From the human T2T-CHM13v2.0 reference genome, Homo sapiens: a DNA stretch of 64,000 nt. The position numbers were made by a program, and so were the translations under genes. Shown in pieces: positions 39,449 to 53,239 of the stretch (the first letter of the stretch is position 1; every line of letters begins with the position of its first letter). The stretch is taken from NCBI RefSeq assembly GCF_009914755.1, contig NC_060935.1; one strand, given 5' to 3'. The notes beneath the pieces are model-generated. The model was not told the DNA's origin, searched no databases, and saw only the letters and a list, made by a program, of their open reading frames with translations.

Positions 39449-42400
39449 CTCTCTTTTGGGAGTCATTTAAATGTATTTAACCTGAAGAGCTTGTAGTGGT
39501 GTTGGAGCAAAGGGGATGGAGGAGATAGCATTGGATCTGTTTTCTCCAAGGATTCTGTGACTCAAACATTTAACTTGGTCAAGAGGGCTGACTGGAGATT
39601 TTTGTCTTGGTGCTGTGGGGGAACAGCCAACAGCTCCAACCTCTGAGCTGAAACTGACTTAACATTTGTTTAATGATTAATTCCAAACAGTAAGTAGCTG
39701 AACTTCTTTTGGAACAATTACCATTTTTCCCTTTCAAAATGAGTTGCAAACACATGCTGGATTTGGGCTCTCTGTGTGGATCTGAGGTCTGGGTGGGATA
39801 AGGACTTCTGAATGGCACATGGGTTCTGAAGATATTTTATGTTTTGTAAAGAATGGGCCTTAGAAATTTCCTGGGAAGGAAACTTTGCTTGGCAAGAGCT
39901 CTGAAGCTCTGGGTGTTCTGTTTCAGGACCTGAGCACTCAAGGTCTGTTTCCATGTGCCGCTTGATATAGACAGCTCCTACCACCTGCCTGCATTTGTGC
40001 TTCACATTCAGGAAAGCAGAGAGGAGACATGCATTTGGTTGTAAGCCAAGATGATGTTTGACCTCCTGCAGATTTAGTCTCCTGTCAGGACCAGGCCTTA
40101 ACTCCAGTTAAACATTAATCCCAAACATTTCCAGTGGTAGAAAGCAGGGGGAAAGGCCTGGGTTGGGACAAGAGGGCAGCTCTCATCCCAGCTCTGCCAC
40201 TAGCTCACTGGAGGAGGTTGGCCAGACCACTGGGGATTAACTCCTCCTTTGTGGCCTGAGGATGCTGGGCTGTATATTTAAGACACCTTCCAAATCTACC
40301 ATGCTGCCTGACTTTCCCAGTGTTTTCATGGGAAAAGTAAGGGTGCAATTTTACTTTCATCCTATTCCATTTTAAAACAAAAGGCTAAGGTGAACTATTT
40401 GCCACGTTTAGTCATCACTTCCTACATTTCTGTCCACAGGCTTCTCAGCTGTTCCATCACTTCCTCAGCTACTCAGGGATCTCCCATGCCCCTAACACTC
40501 CCCTGGGCTCTCAAGAGCCATGACCAGGAGTTGTTTAAAGATTTCAAATAATCCTTTGATTATTTACATGGGCCACACCCTCCAGAGCCTGCCAGGAGAA
40601 TACTTGAGTCTCACTGAATATTAACAACAACGATAATAATTACTATTTATTGGTGGCTTCCTATGTGTGCAGGCCCTGTGCAGGGACTTTCACACTGTTG
40701 TATCTTGTCCACATGACCCCTCTGAGAAGTATATCAGTGACCCTGTTTTACAGGTTAGAACGCCAGGACTCACAGTGGTTGAATACCTTGAGCAGTTGAC
40801 ACTTGAAACCAAATTTGTCCAGCTCTGGAGTAGGTGCTATTTCCATTTCACCAGCTAGTTGGTTAAAATCTAGAGTCTTTCCCTTTCCAGGCAAAACTCT
40901 GCTAACAACAAATCTGTCTCCCTCCTAATCAGTATTTCCTCTTTTTCTGCTCCTGGTCCACTGCACAGTAATCAGCTTGCTTGCTCTGGGTATGAGGCTG
41001 GTGGAGGTCAAAACTGGGAGGCATTGGCAGGAGATGGGGGCAAATGGGAGAATATGAGCTTTCTGAAGTGATCAACTCTGATGATCATGGTTGTGATGAC
41101 AGCTGCAGTAAAGTAGTAATAATAAATTTATTTTTATAGCACTCACTTTGTGCCAGATAATGTTCTAAGGGCTTTATACAAATAACATATTTTAACCTCT
41201 CAATGATCCTCTGTGGTAGGCAGGATCTACCCCCATTTTCCAGGTGAGGGAGCTAAGACAGTGAGAAAGTCCAAAGCTAGTAAGGGACTGAACTGGAATT
41301 TGAACCTGGCTGTTTGGCAGCAAAGGCTACGTGCCTGGTTACTGTTCTGAACTGCTTCTCAGCAGCCCCTCCTCTTCCTCTTCCTCCCACCTTACTTCCC
41401 ATTCTCTTCCTTTCTCTCACCAACCTTCCATGCCCATTGTTTACTCAGGCATGGTGCTATGCTTTCTAATCACCATCTCATCTGATTCTCTGATAGTCTT
41501 TTGATATGTCATAATTATAATTCCCATTTTGAAGATGAAGAGACAGAGTTTCAGAAAGAATATAAATAATTTATTCAAGGTCACACACATGAAAGCAGAG
41601 CTGGGATTTTAACCAGGTCTACAGATTCCAGAATCTTAATCTCAACCTTCTGATATTTCAGGTCCAAGGGATGGAGCAGACAGAGTGTTGAAGCAGAGAA
41701 AAGATTCAGGGAGGACTTCCATCTTTCCAGCTCATCTTTTCATCCATTTTTCCGGGCTGGAAAAGGGAGTCCTTCCTGAATCTTCTCTCTGGGAGAAGAT
41801 GGGAGACTAATTCCTCCCATAGAATTACTGTGTTTGGGTTTCCAGTTCTGACAGTGATGCAGGAGCTGGGAGTCCCTGGCATGCCCTGCACAGCATCCTC
41901 ACCTTGGATGCTCAGTAGATGTACCCAGTGTTGTAACAGTGTGGGGCAGTGATCTAGCAGCCTTCCTCATCCACCTCTTTGTGGCCTGCTGTTCTGTTTG
42001 TTTGGGTCCTTCATCTATCTTAGCTGCTTCTGGGAGAAAATGTGGGCAACCTGTCTGAGGCTTGTCCTCTCAGCTTCTTGGGTTCCTCTGAAGGCTAAAG
42101 AATAAGCCCAGACCTCTCTATGATGATGGTGACAAACTCCATCCCTTCCCCTGTGCAAGGCACAGAAAAGTCCTCTGGGCTTCATCAAAATTATCCCCCC
42201 CACCAATAACTCCTCTGTTATTCCTTCCACCACCAGCCCACACACCCCACAAGTGATCTCTTCCCACTTTATGACAGCTCATCCCAAGTCTCTCTGAATA
42301 ATTCATACTGTTATGTGGCTGGGCTCTGAGCCCGGAGCTTTCTATAAAATTAAACAAGCTTCAGCCAACAGTGTGATTCTGCTAGGTCAGGCCATTCCCA

Positions 42401-44573
42401 GCTTCACTCCAGGATGAGTGCTGCACTCGGTTCTTGAATGGGGGCTCCAGAGTGGTCCTCAAGACCAATCCATTTTATTTCCTCTGTGGCTTTCTTCCTT
42501 CTCTCTCCTCTCACATATCCTAGCCCTCGGGACCTCTTTCATGAGGATATAAGACACTCTTATAATCAGGAAGCCTCACATAGCCTGACCCTTACCCACT
42601 CTCCAGAATCAGGTACCAGGCCTTTCCACATGTACTAACTCAATTGCACCCCCAACAGCTCAGACATATAGCTATTGTAGCCCATTTTTAGCCAAACTTA
42701 ACCAGCAGCAAAGCCAGGATTTGGACCAGAATCTCTTTCTTTTGGATCCAGGAATTTCCCCCTCCCTCTCCTGGTAGCTAAAAGTGCTAAGAAGGCCATT
42801 TTTCACAGGCTTGAGAGAGATGTAATGAGAATCCAGTGCAAATGCATGCAGAGGCTTAAATATAGTTGTGCTGGGCTCAGTGCCTCCTGAGCCAAAGGAG
42901 GCTGCCACATTCATCCTGGCTCAGGCCTCATGCGTGTTCGTTGGCACTGTTTCTTCATTGTCTGCTTCAGATGTAAATGTCTCTCAATCAGTCATCTCTC
43001 TCTCTCTCATCTATCTACATATATAGAGAAATAATATTTATACAATATGTATGATTAAATATAAGCACACACATATATAAATATATATCCATATATATGT
43101 ATATATATTTACATCTGGAAGAAGGCTAGAAATGACCAGCAGGGCTGGCTGATGAGAGCTTAGGACTTCTATTTCTTTTCTTCTCATTCTAAAGAGTAAC
43201 TTGGTTTTCCTTCAGTGACTCTCTGAGTGAGGTCTGTATGTAGAACCTTCAAGCAGATGTCCCAGGAACTATGGGAAAGTAGGAAGGCAGGAGTAAAGGT
43301 TGTGGAACAAGGAATCAGAGGTGTAAGTGTCTGTCTCATGCCAGACATTTTTACTGAAGTAATTACGTGCACTTAAAATCAGAGTGGTTCTGTCTTGACC
43401 CTTCTACAACCCCCCACCCTCCGAGCATGTTAGGGCTTCTGCTCTGTGTTCTTTTAACCCTGCACCCCCAACCACATGTCATTGCCCCTCTACCCAGCTT
43501 TGTACCTGCTTTTAAAATTGTCTGCCTTCTCTATGAGACCATGAGTTTATTGTGGACGGGACTGAAGCAGTCTTGCTCAGTGTCCAGCATGACGTCTGGC
43601 CTATAATAAACCATTAACATTTTTGAATGCACGAATGAATGTACTAGCCCTAAGTTATGCCCTTTCACACCAAAAGAAATGAGGGGAATTCAACCACCCC
43701 AAAGGAAGTAGAATATATAAGTTGTGATTACTCTTAGCTGATTATAAAATGTCAGAAATTATGAACTCCTCCAGAGTTGGATATCTTCATCTTGACCCCT
43801 GAAGTGACCAGCAGCAAAACTCTTAGAATGAAAAGGGCGCATGAGCCTATCATTTTGGGGTGGAGGGTAAGGGAAGATCTGGAATTGAGCTATTTTGGTG
43901 AACCCGTGCTGGGCTTCTTCTTCCAATTGCCCATTCGTTGTTTTATCGTCATTCACTGCTGCATTCTCAGCACACATGGAACTGAGCCTGGCACATAATA
44001 GGTGCTTTTGTTGTCAGAGTTCTCAAAAACCTGACAGAGGATGGTCTTTTGCTGAACTTGCCTTCTTCCTATAACATTTTGCTTAGTTTTGGGAACCGGT
44101 ACAATGAGGTTAGTTAGACCCAGGAGTGATGAGGTTAAAGGCGAGTGCCCTGAGGGACCCAGTTCAGATCAGTTGCTCATGCATTCTTTACTGCTGCCAA
44201 CCCTAGGCACCCTGCCAGCTTTCAGGGAAGGAAAGAGGGAAAGATCTGGGCAAAGCGAGATGTGGGATATCCAATTCCTGCCACTCTAAATGCCCCAGTT
44301 AGTGCTGCCACTGGTTTGCTTGGCACCTTGGTTAGTCATTCCAGTGATCTCTTGGCTCACTTTGCTCCCAGAGCTAAGGTTGGCTCCAGCGATTATTATG
44401 AGTAAGTCTGACTAGTTAGCAGGGCACCTGGACAATGAGCTCTGCACTCCCAGATTCTTGCCTGATGGTAAACACTTTACTGGAAAGAAGTTTCCATAAA
44501 CAGCTCTCACAAAAGGAAAAGTACATGCTCACCACACTCAAGAGCTGCGATGATTGTTTTTAAAAGGGTTATA

Positions 44574-44574
<1 letters not shown>

Positions 44575-44612
<38 letters not shown>
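44575..44612 (+). repeat. (CA)19 microsatellite
   Basis: Pure CA run about 630 nt upstream of the 126-nt exon. Confidence 0.95.
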
Positions 44613-44617
<5 letters not shown>

Positions 44618-45244
44618 GAGTAAACGAGTGAAAATGATGATGTGAATTTAGGCTGAATTATTTTACCCATCCGGACTTCAGTTTTTTTGATCAAAAAATG
44701 GGAGGAAATGGTAGTACTAATATAAATGAAACATTTTTTTTGCCTGCCTCCTGCAGCAGTTGGAAGAATCTGAGGAATAGCATGGTGACTGTTGGCAGAG
44801 GGAGAACCAGCTCTGGGCATCTAGTCAGTTCCTTCCACCTGCCTCAGATTGGTTTCTAGGACCTGCTTCCTGTGACTCCAGGCCTGCTCTATGGGAGGCT
44901 GCTCCAAGGGAGTTGCCAGATGTTTGGGAACCCTGTTGAAGGGTACTGATCGCCAGCCCTAGCAAATATGCCTGCCTTGGCCCCTGGCTCCCGAGCCCCA
45001 GAAGCATTTATAGTATCCCATCTCCAGCTTGGACTATGAAGGGTGACATTATTTCTGGAGCCAGCATTTCTCTGTAGTGTACATGTGAGCATTTGAGTGT
45101 GTGTAAGTGTGTGTGGGGCGGGGGTTGCTGGAGGCAGGGAGGACCCGAAAGCATATCTGGCGAATCAGGGATGTCACTTATTCTTGAGTTAGCCCCAGAC
45201 AAGGTCACACAGTAAGATGATGTGACATTTCTTTCTCTTGGCAG

Positions 45245-45370
45245 GAGGGTGGGGTCGTAGCACTCTTCAAGGTTTGCCGGCAGGACAGTTTCCGGTGCTT
45301 GTACCCCCAGGCGCTCCGCACGCTGGCCTCCATCTGCTGCGTGGAAGAGGGTGTCCACCAGCTGGAGAAG
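45245..45370 (+). CDS. INSC: INSC coding exon (probably exon 7), 126 nt, armadillo-like repeat region
   Basis: Acceptor tttctttctcttggcag|GAG, donor AAG|gtaagg. Encodes EGGVVALFKVCRQDSFRCLYPQALRTLASICCVEEGVHQLEK (42 codons, phase 0-0). I did not find the next exon (VDGVLCL…) in the window. Confidence 0.96.
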
Positions 45371-48039
45371 GTAAGGACAGCTGGCTGGGTGGTGCCTGAG
45401 GTCCTCAAGCCAGGTAGGGGTGAGGTCCAGGCCTCATGATGGCCATCTGTTCCTTTTCATGGACCAAGTGCCTCGAGTAGTCCTTTTCCCAGGCACCATT
45501 CGGATAGGGTGGCTGGGACCTGGACTATGGGAGTCAGCAAAGAGGTGAAGGAGATGGGGACTGATGAGCCTGAGCAGGAAAGGCAGGGCTCAAAGGGACA
45601 CTCAGCACTTCCTGGGTGGGGTGACAACTGGGGAGACTCCTGTGGGTGGATCATGGTAGGAGGCAGGCAAGTCAGGTGTTGGTGCTGGGGTTCAGGGTGG
45701 TTGATTCTTCACCCACAGCAGGCCTCCTAAAGACGGAAGAGGATCCAGATCCTGGGAGCATTGACTGGGCAAGAGCAGGGCAGCACTGGGTGTCTGGGAA
45801 AGCAGGTGGGGCTCCTCTCCACTAAAGACCAGCGGGCTTGGGTGAGGGAGGTGGAAGCCCCAGTCCAAGTGCTCACTGGGCCAAGATGGCGTGGGAGTAG
45901 GGTAGGGTTAGAGGAGGAAGGTGGTGATGTGACAGGCTCTAGTGCCTCTGTTCAAGCCTGATCTATGGTGACATAACTAATTCCCGCCACCCTGACCCCT
46001 TCCCTGGTTGTGCGACTGAGGCTGCGCCTCTACTTAGACATGAGTGAGTCTGAGCTTGCGGATAGGCTCTCAGGGACTCCAGCCAGGAGAGCTGGGGAGG
46101 CAGGGGCTGAAATCTGGGGTTTCCCAACCAAGTTTCCAGGAAAGATGCTGAAAATTCTTATAGAAAAGTGGAAAGGCCTGGTACGTCCTGGTACTATGGT
46201 GGTACCTGCAGGATTTGGGGTGGGATCTGAGTCTGTTCCTGTTAGCTGGTCTAAATGGGGACAGGGGCCAGCAAACTGCTCTCTGTCCTCTGCATCCATG
46301 TCCCACAGTCTGGTCCTGGCAGCCGAAATAACTCCACCCTACCGTCAGCTTCTTCACTTTGGTCTGGACTCCTAGACAAATGGTCATCTTACTTTTTACC
46401 CTGTCTCCTTCCAAACCTACTCAGATTATTGGGACAGGGTCATAGAATCATGAACTTACAGATGCTCTTAGCTAAGGATGGAATGTGGATAGGGAATCTG
46501 CTCATTTTACAGATGACAAGGCTATGGGTCAGAATGGGGAAGTAATTTGCCTAAGGTGACAGAGCAAGATAGTAGAGGAGATAGTGCCAGCTTTTTGGAC
46601 AGAGTGCCCGCTTCCCACCGGGTTGGAAGTCTTCATATCTAGTTGCTATGAGCACTAGATTTGGAGGTGAGAAATCCATGCTTACTCCTTCATTGTGCTA
46701 CTCATTAGGTAGCGAGGCTCTGAGGAGAGAAGTGATTAACTCAGGGTCATATAGCTATTAAATGAGAGAACCAAAAGCCAAATCCAAGTCTTCTAAGGCT
46801 GAAACCAATTACAGTTATCTCTATTCCAGTGGACTGTCTGATTGTGTGAGCACAGACATGCTATGCGTGTGCTCTCTTATATGGCAAAATAGAGGAGTGG
46901 AGAGGATGGTGAGAGAGAGAGGGAGAGACAGACAGTGGACTTGATAAAGGAAATGCATTGAGCATCCTCAACTTCACGTTCTGAATAATTCCCTCCCTTC
47001 TCCTATAAAACTTGTCCTTCCTTGGATAGTGTACAAACGACCAAATGGGGTTTGTTTCTCACCTTTCCTGTCTGGTTGGCAGGGAAAATGGGAGGAGAAG
47101 ATAGAAGGAGCTTGGGATCACCAGCCCTCCAAAAGCCGATTGTATGGCTTTAGTGAGCTTGCAGTGCAGAAGGAAGTTTTCAATTCAGGGAAGAAAAACA
47201 ACAGGGCTTTTCGTTTGTTTGTTTAGAGTTGAAAACCTGTGCAGCTGGGATGGCTGGAGGCATTTTTCCTTTCACCTATCTGATGCTGCTCAAATGCCAG
47301 AGTGCTTTAATGTGTCTTTCGCAGTATAGACGGCCCAGGCCCTAGCCTGAGATTCAGACCCTGCCCAGTTGAGCAAAAGGAGAAAGAGATGCTCGTAGTC
47401 TGGGGGTTTATTTTGTGCCAGGTGCTGAGATAGTCCACTACATATGTCCTTTCATTAATGCACCAGAACCTTGTGAGGTGAGCACTATTAGTATCTCCAT
47501 CTTAAAGATAAGGAAATGGAATCTCAGACAGTTTAAGTGACTTGCCTAAATAACATAGTAAGTGTTAGAGCCAGAATTTGGACCCACATCTGCCATAGTA
47601 CAGCACCCCTGTGTCACGACCTTGCTGGTTTAATGATTACTCTGAGAGCACTGAAAAGGTCCCTGCAGCTTAATCCCAGACCACCTTGCTATTCCTGGCC
47701 ACTGTGCTAACCCCTCACATCCCCAGCTGGCATAGGGGATAGTAGCTTACCTGGACATTTCTCCTCTCCAGGCCAGATTGCTTATAATACACAGACACTC
47801 ATGAAATATTTCCTCTGTGCCAGGCACTGAAGAGGAATAAGACTTACCCTGGTAAGAGCCCCTGAGTGATCAGAAATAACAACTACATTGTGTAGCAGTT
47901 GTAGAGCTTGCAAAGTGACTCCACATGGATTCTAATTTCATTTGATGCTTGCTTCAAGTTTGAAAGTATCCCCATAGTATGGATGAAAATACTGACGTCC
48001 AGAGAGGTGAAATGACTTCTTGCATGAAATCATACATTA

Positions 48040-48163
48040 TGTAATTCATTCATTCAGCAAATATTTACTATCTGCTATTTGCTAGGCACTGTTTTAGGTG
48101 CTGGGAGTATAACAGTGAACAAAACAGACAAAACCTCTTGTCTTCATGGAGATTACATTCTAG
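48040..48163 (-). mobile_element. L2 3' end
   Basis: attcattcattcagcaaatatttact…ctaggcactgttttaggtgctggg…cagtgaacaaaacagacaaa. Confidence 0.8.
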
Positions 48164-48167
48164 TCTA

Positions 48168-48499
48168 GAAGGTAGCAAGTTATGGTCCATGGGCTAAATT
48201 CAGCCTGCTGTCTGCCTTGTATGGCCCATGAGCTAAGAATGATTTTTTTTTTCATTTTTAAATGGTCAGAAAAAAAAACAGAAGAAGAATAAAATTCTGT
48301 GTCCCATGAAAGCTTCTGTGAAATTCGAAGTTCAGCCATAGTTTTATTAGAACACAGCTACACTTGTTTGTTTGGGTGTTCTCTATGTGCTTTCATACCA
48401 AAATAGCAGAACTGAATAGTTGCAACAGAGACCATATAGCCTTCAAAGCCAAAAATATTTACTCTCTGGCCATCTATAGAAAATTCTTGCCGAGCCCGG
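48168..48499. mobile_element. MER58B (hAT-Charlie MITE)
   Basis: tatggtccatgggctaaattcagcctg…gtatggcccatgagctaagaatg…gttttattagaacacagc…gaatagttgcaacagagacc…aatatttactctctggcc. Flanked by tctag. Confidence 0.85.
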
Positions 48500-49540
48500 T
48501 TCTAGCAGGTAAGGAAGATGTCATGACCACGATGAGAGGAACAATAACTAACATATATCGAATACTTGCTTTGGGCAAGCACTTTGCTAAGCCCCTCCTT
48601 TCATCAAGTCATTTATTCCTTGCCATCCTGTTATATCTCCACTGCTTACAGAAGAAAGGGAGACTCAGAGACGCGAAGCCACTTGCTCAAGGGCGCATAG
48701 CTAAAAAGTAGCCCAGGCAGTAATGTAATTCCAGCTCTGCTGGGCCAGAGCCAGCCTGGGCTGTTAACAATTGTGCAGACCCAGGACTCAAAATCTGATA
48801 TTGTGAGGCCAGTTTCCATGCTCCTTTCCTCCATATCATATTGCTTCCAAAGTTGGGAGAAGTTCTAGAGACACCCATGAGGTCCTTAATCTCTCCCACC
48901 CTCCACCCACACCCCCTCCCTGGGTTCTGTCCATGCCTGCCACCCTCTGTGAGCTGGGCTGCTCAGCACTGCCCACAGAGGCTCTGGTGAGGTTGGCCAT
49001 TGTCAGTGTTGAGGATGGAAGATGGTGAAGACCAGGCACAGGCCGGATTGTAGAAACCACAGAGTGACAGGTGAGTGAAGGTGGAGTGGGGAAGTGTGGT
49101 TCCCTGGGGCTCTTGCCAGCCACCCACTCACCGGGCATGGTTCGTGGCCTAATTAGATCACATCAAAGTTCCAGCCTTCTCCGCCTGATTTACTGGCCTG
49201 GCCTTCTCACTGAGGTTCGCTTAATTAATTGGCAGTGGGAAACGTGCTGGATTTGGTGAAATTCGTCTCTGTTGTGCAGCTTCCCCCTCCTTTCCTTCAA
49301 CCGTGAAGAGGTTCATTAAATCCTGCACAGCCCCCAGCGGAGTTGTGGGTCTAGACAGGTCACTGCATCCATCCCAATTGCTGCTGTGTCATGCCTGAGC
49401 CTTGCTGGGTTTGGGGGACTTTTGTGGTCATAGATTCAGTCATGGTCTCATTCATTCACTCACGGGAAGTCACTTCGTCTCTGCTTCTTCATTCCTTCTG
49501 TTTGCCAGTCAGTCATTCACTTACTTTTAAACTCACTCAA

Positions 49541-49657
49541 ATTCCAGTGCTTTAAGAGGGTGAGGCAGGAGCAATGCATGAAGCCAGGGGTTCCAGGCTC
49601 GCCTAGGCAACATAGCTAGACCCTGTTTCTTAAAAGTAAAATAAAATAAAAAATAAG
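49541..49657 (+). mobile_element. Old Alu monomer (FLAM/FAM-like)
   Basis: ccagtgctttaagagggtgaggcaggag…cctaggcaacatagctagaccctgtttct plus A-rich tail. TSD taaactcactca/taaacttactca. Confidence 0.75.
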
Positions 49658-50804
49658 TAAACTTACTCACTCATTTGTTCTCTCACGAAGTCCACCACTA
49701 ATTCACTCTATGAATTCCTTCTTTTATCACTGAAGCAGCCTATTACAGTGGAGAGACTGAGAACTTGGAGAATCAGGCAATCCTGGGTTTGAACAGATTT
49801 TTCTCACTGTGAGCTTGGATATGTTATCCTGGGGGATTTGCTTAGCACAGTTCCTTGATCAGTAAAATGAGCCTATAAAATCTACCTCATGTATAGTAAT
49901 ATGATGCTTGGCACAGAGTAGACAGCGAATAAATGGTGGCTACTGTGATTGTGGCAGGTATAATGCTAATCACTTGGACTTTGAAAATGAATGGAAGGTT
50001 AGGGTCTGGTGGGGAAGGGAGGGCTGGCATGTGGGAGAGGGGCTGGCCTGGTCAAAGTTGCAGTGAAGTGCACACATGGAGAAGTTGGGTGGTCCAGGGG
50101 GGATGAGTCCTCACAGTCTTTCCCTTTAACAGACGAGGAAACTGAGACTCCGAGACAGTGTTTCCTCAGTCATGAATGTAGAGCTTGGATGCAAACCTAA
50201 GTCTGGCTGGTTCTAAACTCCTGCTCTTTCCTCTGCTACCTGGGGATAGCTGGTCCTTCTGAGGCAGGGACTGCAGAGGACTGGGAGCCAGGTTCTCTGT
50301 GTTGGCCTGGGCAAGGGACGGACACAGACACCCAACAAGCAGGGATGGAGGCAAGATGCCAACACACAGCAAAGGCCTCTCCACAAGTGTCTGACAGGCG
50401 TTTTGAGGCCTCATTCTTTCTTTTCAGAGCTGTCACGTGGAGGTCTGGTTCATCTGGGCTGCAGCCTCCCTGCATCCTAAGCTTCAGGACATCTGTCCTT
50501 CCTTCCCTGTGTCTTCATCTGACATCACTCCTCATTCCCTACCCCTATGCTGGGTTCTGGAGAAGAGACAGGCTCCCTGCTTCCCAGGATGGCTGAAGGG
50601 GGAGAGGCCCAGCAGGACAGACAGTGGTAAGGGCTGTCCCATGGCCATCAGAGGCTATAAGCAGGAGGCCCCACCTCTGGTGGGGTTGCCGGTGTAGGCA
50701 GCACCAAAGAGGCAATGAAGCTGGGCCCAGAAGGGCCAGGGAGGAGCTCCCAGGCAGACCAGAGGAAAGCAGTCTTAACAAGGGCAGGGGCAGAGGGGAC
50801 ACCA

Positions 50805-50836
50805 CAGCAGGGAGCCACCCCAGCAGGGAGCCACCC
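50805..50836 (+). repeat. 16-bp perfect tandem duplication
   Basis: (cagcagggagccaccc)x2. Confidence 0.95.
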
Positions 50837-53222
50837 AATGGGGCTCCAAGTCTCCAAGTCTTCCAGGGTCTTTGTGTTCAGTGAATTGGGGGAGCCCCAA
50901 GGAGAAGGCAGTGTTCTCTGGACCTCACTTGGGAGAAGACTAGAGGGAGAAAATGAGGGCCAAGGAGGGAGTAAGGGCCCCAGAGCCACACAGTCCAGCG
51001 AGAGCAGATGAACCCAGCCTGGTCAGGGTGGACTGCTGAGGGTGGCCTTCCTGGAGGACTGGAGCTGGCAAGGTGAACTGGCATTACCAAGGGGGAGGAC
51101 TGCAGGGTTTGGGGAAGAATGAAGAGAGGTGAGGGAGCAAGTCACTTCTCCTGTCTGAATCCCAGCTTCATCTTCTGTAAAATGGGACTCCCACCTTCTT
51201 TATAGGGCTGCTATGGTGATGCAATGAAGCAATATGGGTGGGTCTTGCAGCAATGGTGCCTGCGTGGAGAAAGCACTCTGCCTGTGTCTGTTTCCTTTTC
51301 CTCCTCCCATGCCCATTTGTCTCCACTTTTCCAGGCTGGTCTGGGGAAAACTTCACATTGCCCCCAAAGGACCTGGTTATTGGGGATTTTGCAATGACCA
51401 TGGCAGGGTGCCAGGTACTCTGAGTGGTGAAGGGGAAGGTCAGGGCACTGCTGGTTCAGGGATTGATTGTGGTTGGATGGGGCCAGGCCAGGATGGGGTT
51501 GGAGGGGGCTGGAGACTAGAGCTGGACTGCGGACTATGGTCCAGATGAGGGGCTGGAGATGTTAGGGATAGGAAGCTACAGGTCTGTGGCCAAAAGGAGT
51601 GGGGGGCACTCAAAGCCCAAGGCTCAGACAACCTTCAGGACAGTTCTGGTCATTGTCTTTTCCAGAACTGAAAGACCAGAGACGGCCTCACTTTCAAAAA
51701 GCATCCTTTTATTCTCACTCCTCCCTTTTATTTTATTTTTTCAAATAACGAGTTAGTTCACTCTGTGCTGGAGCCAAGGGGGTAGTTTAATGAAAATCAA
51801 TACAGAAATTAAATATGAGGGGAGAGCGGGGAGGACGGCTCAATTTCAAGTCCAAGAAGAAAATCACCAAGGGCAAGAGCTGGAAAACTGCTGCCTGTCT
51901 CCATGCAGCTCCTTCACGCCCCACCCTCATTTCCTGGGGCAGCTTCTTGGAATCAATAGGCCCTGACAGCTGAGGTGCTGGGCTGGAAGAGAGATGAAGA
52001 CAGGGAGGCCTATATTGAGCTCTTGAAATCCCAGAGGCCCTGGGCAGGAGGGAGTGGGCTGCAAGCGGGAATGGTGGGGAGGCTCTGTGGCCCCAGCTGC
52101 TGTTTTACAGGGGTCTGTCTCCACTGTCTGCTCCCTGTATAATTGCAGATGGTCATAAATAGTTAATTTTTGCAAAAAATAAATAAAAAATTCAAACAAG
52201 CAAAAAAACCTCACTTTAATCAGTTTTTCTCACCATTATGCCCATTTGCTTTTCACGGTCATTTTGTAAGGAAGGCAGGGAGAGATGGTCACCTCCATCT
52301 TATTTACAGAAGAGCAAGTTGAGGCTGGAAAGGATAGAGATACTGGGAGGGACAGAGGCTGGACTGAGAACCCTGCGTTTTTGCTCCTAATCCTAAGTGT
52401 GCCCCCTGGTCCCATTAGGTGAATGGTGTCATAGTGTGCAGATCCCAAAGCAAAGCTACTACTTTCTTGCTAGAGTTGGTTCTAATATATAAGCCAGGCT
52501 GGATAGAGACAGAGGGGCTGTGAATGCAAGGCAAAAAAATCTTTGCTTAATTTGTCTTGCAATCCCTTCTTACCTAGGAATAGCTTTTAGAGAGAGGGAG
52601 AGAGAATGCCTCTGAATGAAGGTCGCAGATGCCTCTTCACCTCTCTTTGGCACTCAACCCATCTAGGATTATCAGCTTCCTCCACTCCTCACACCCCCAA
52701 ACACTAGCCTTCAACTCCCATGGGAATGGGCTAAGGCTTTGCAGAGAGGCCCAGGGTCCCAGGTTAGCTGTGCTGTGACTCTGGCTGACAGGCAGAAAGG
52801 AACTGAGGCTGGCACTGTCATTGTCACTCTTCCCAGCCTTGCAAGGGGGCAGGGCCCATGATTGAGCCTTCTCAGAGGGACTGTGGCTTGTTCACTTTCG
52901 ACATACCAAGGCTCCTGTCTGTCTGTCTTGATGGCTGGGGTGGGGGCACTTAAGGAGGCCAGGATGCAAAGAGGCAGGAACTAAATTAGCCACACTGCCC
53001 CACCTGCCCTCTCCCCTTCTAACAAAGACCTAGGCTGAGATTATGGGCCAGTACTTTCCAGACTGAAGGAAGGCTCGGGGACTGCGCCTTTCCCGCCAGG
53101 TCCAACCTGAGTTTGGAGAAGGGATGGGGCTGCCAGGCAGTCCAGGTGCCTAAGTGCAGCAGTGGGTTTGCAGGAGCAGGCTCCATCCGCAGAGGCTCGG
53201 TGGGACCCCATGTGCTGTGCAA

Positions 53223-53239
53223 CAGCGACCCCTGGTGGA
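53223..53239 (-). promoter_or_regulatory. Candidate CTCF site
   Basis: Reverse strand reads TCCACCAGGGGTCGCTG, one mismatch from the CCACCAGGGGGCGC core. Confidence 0.6.
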
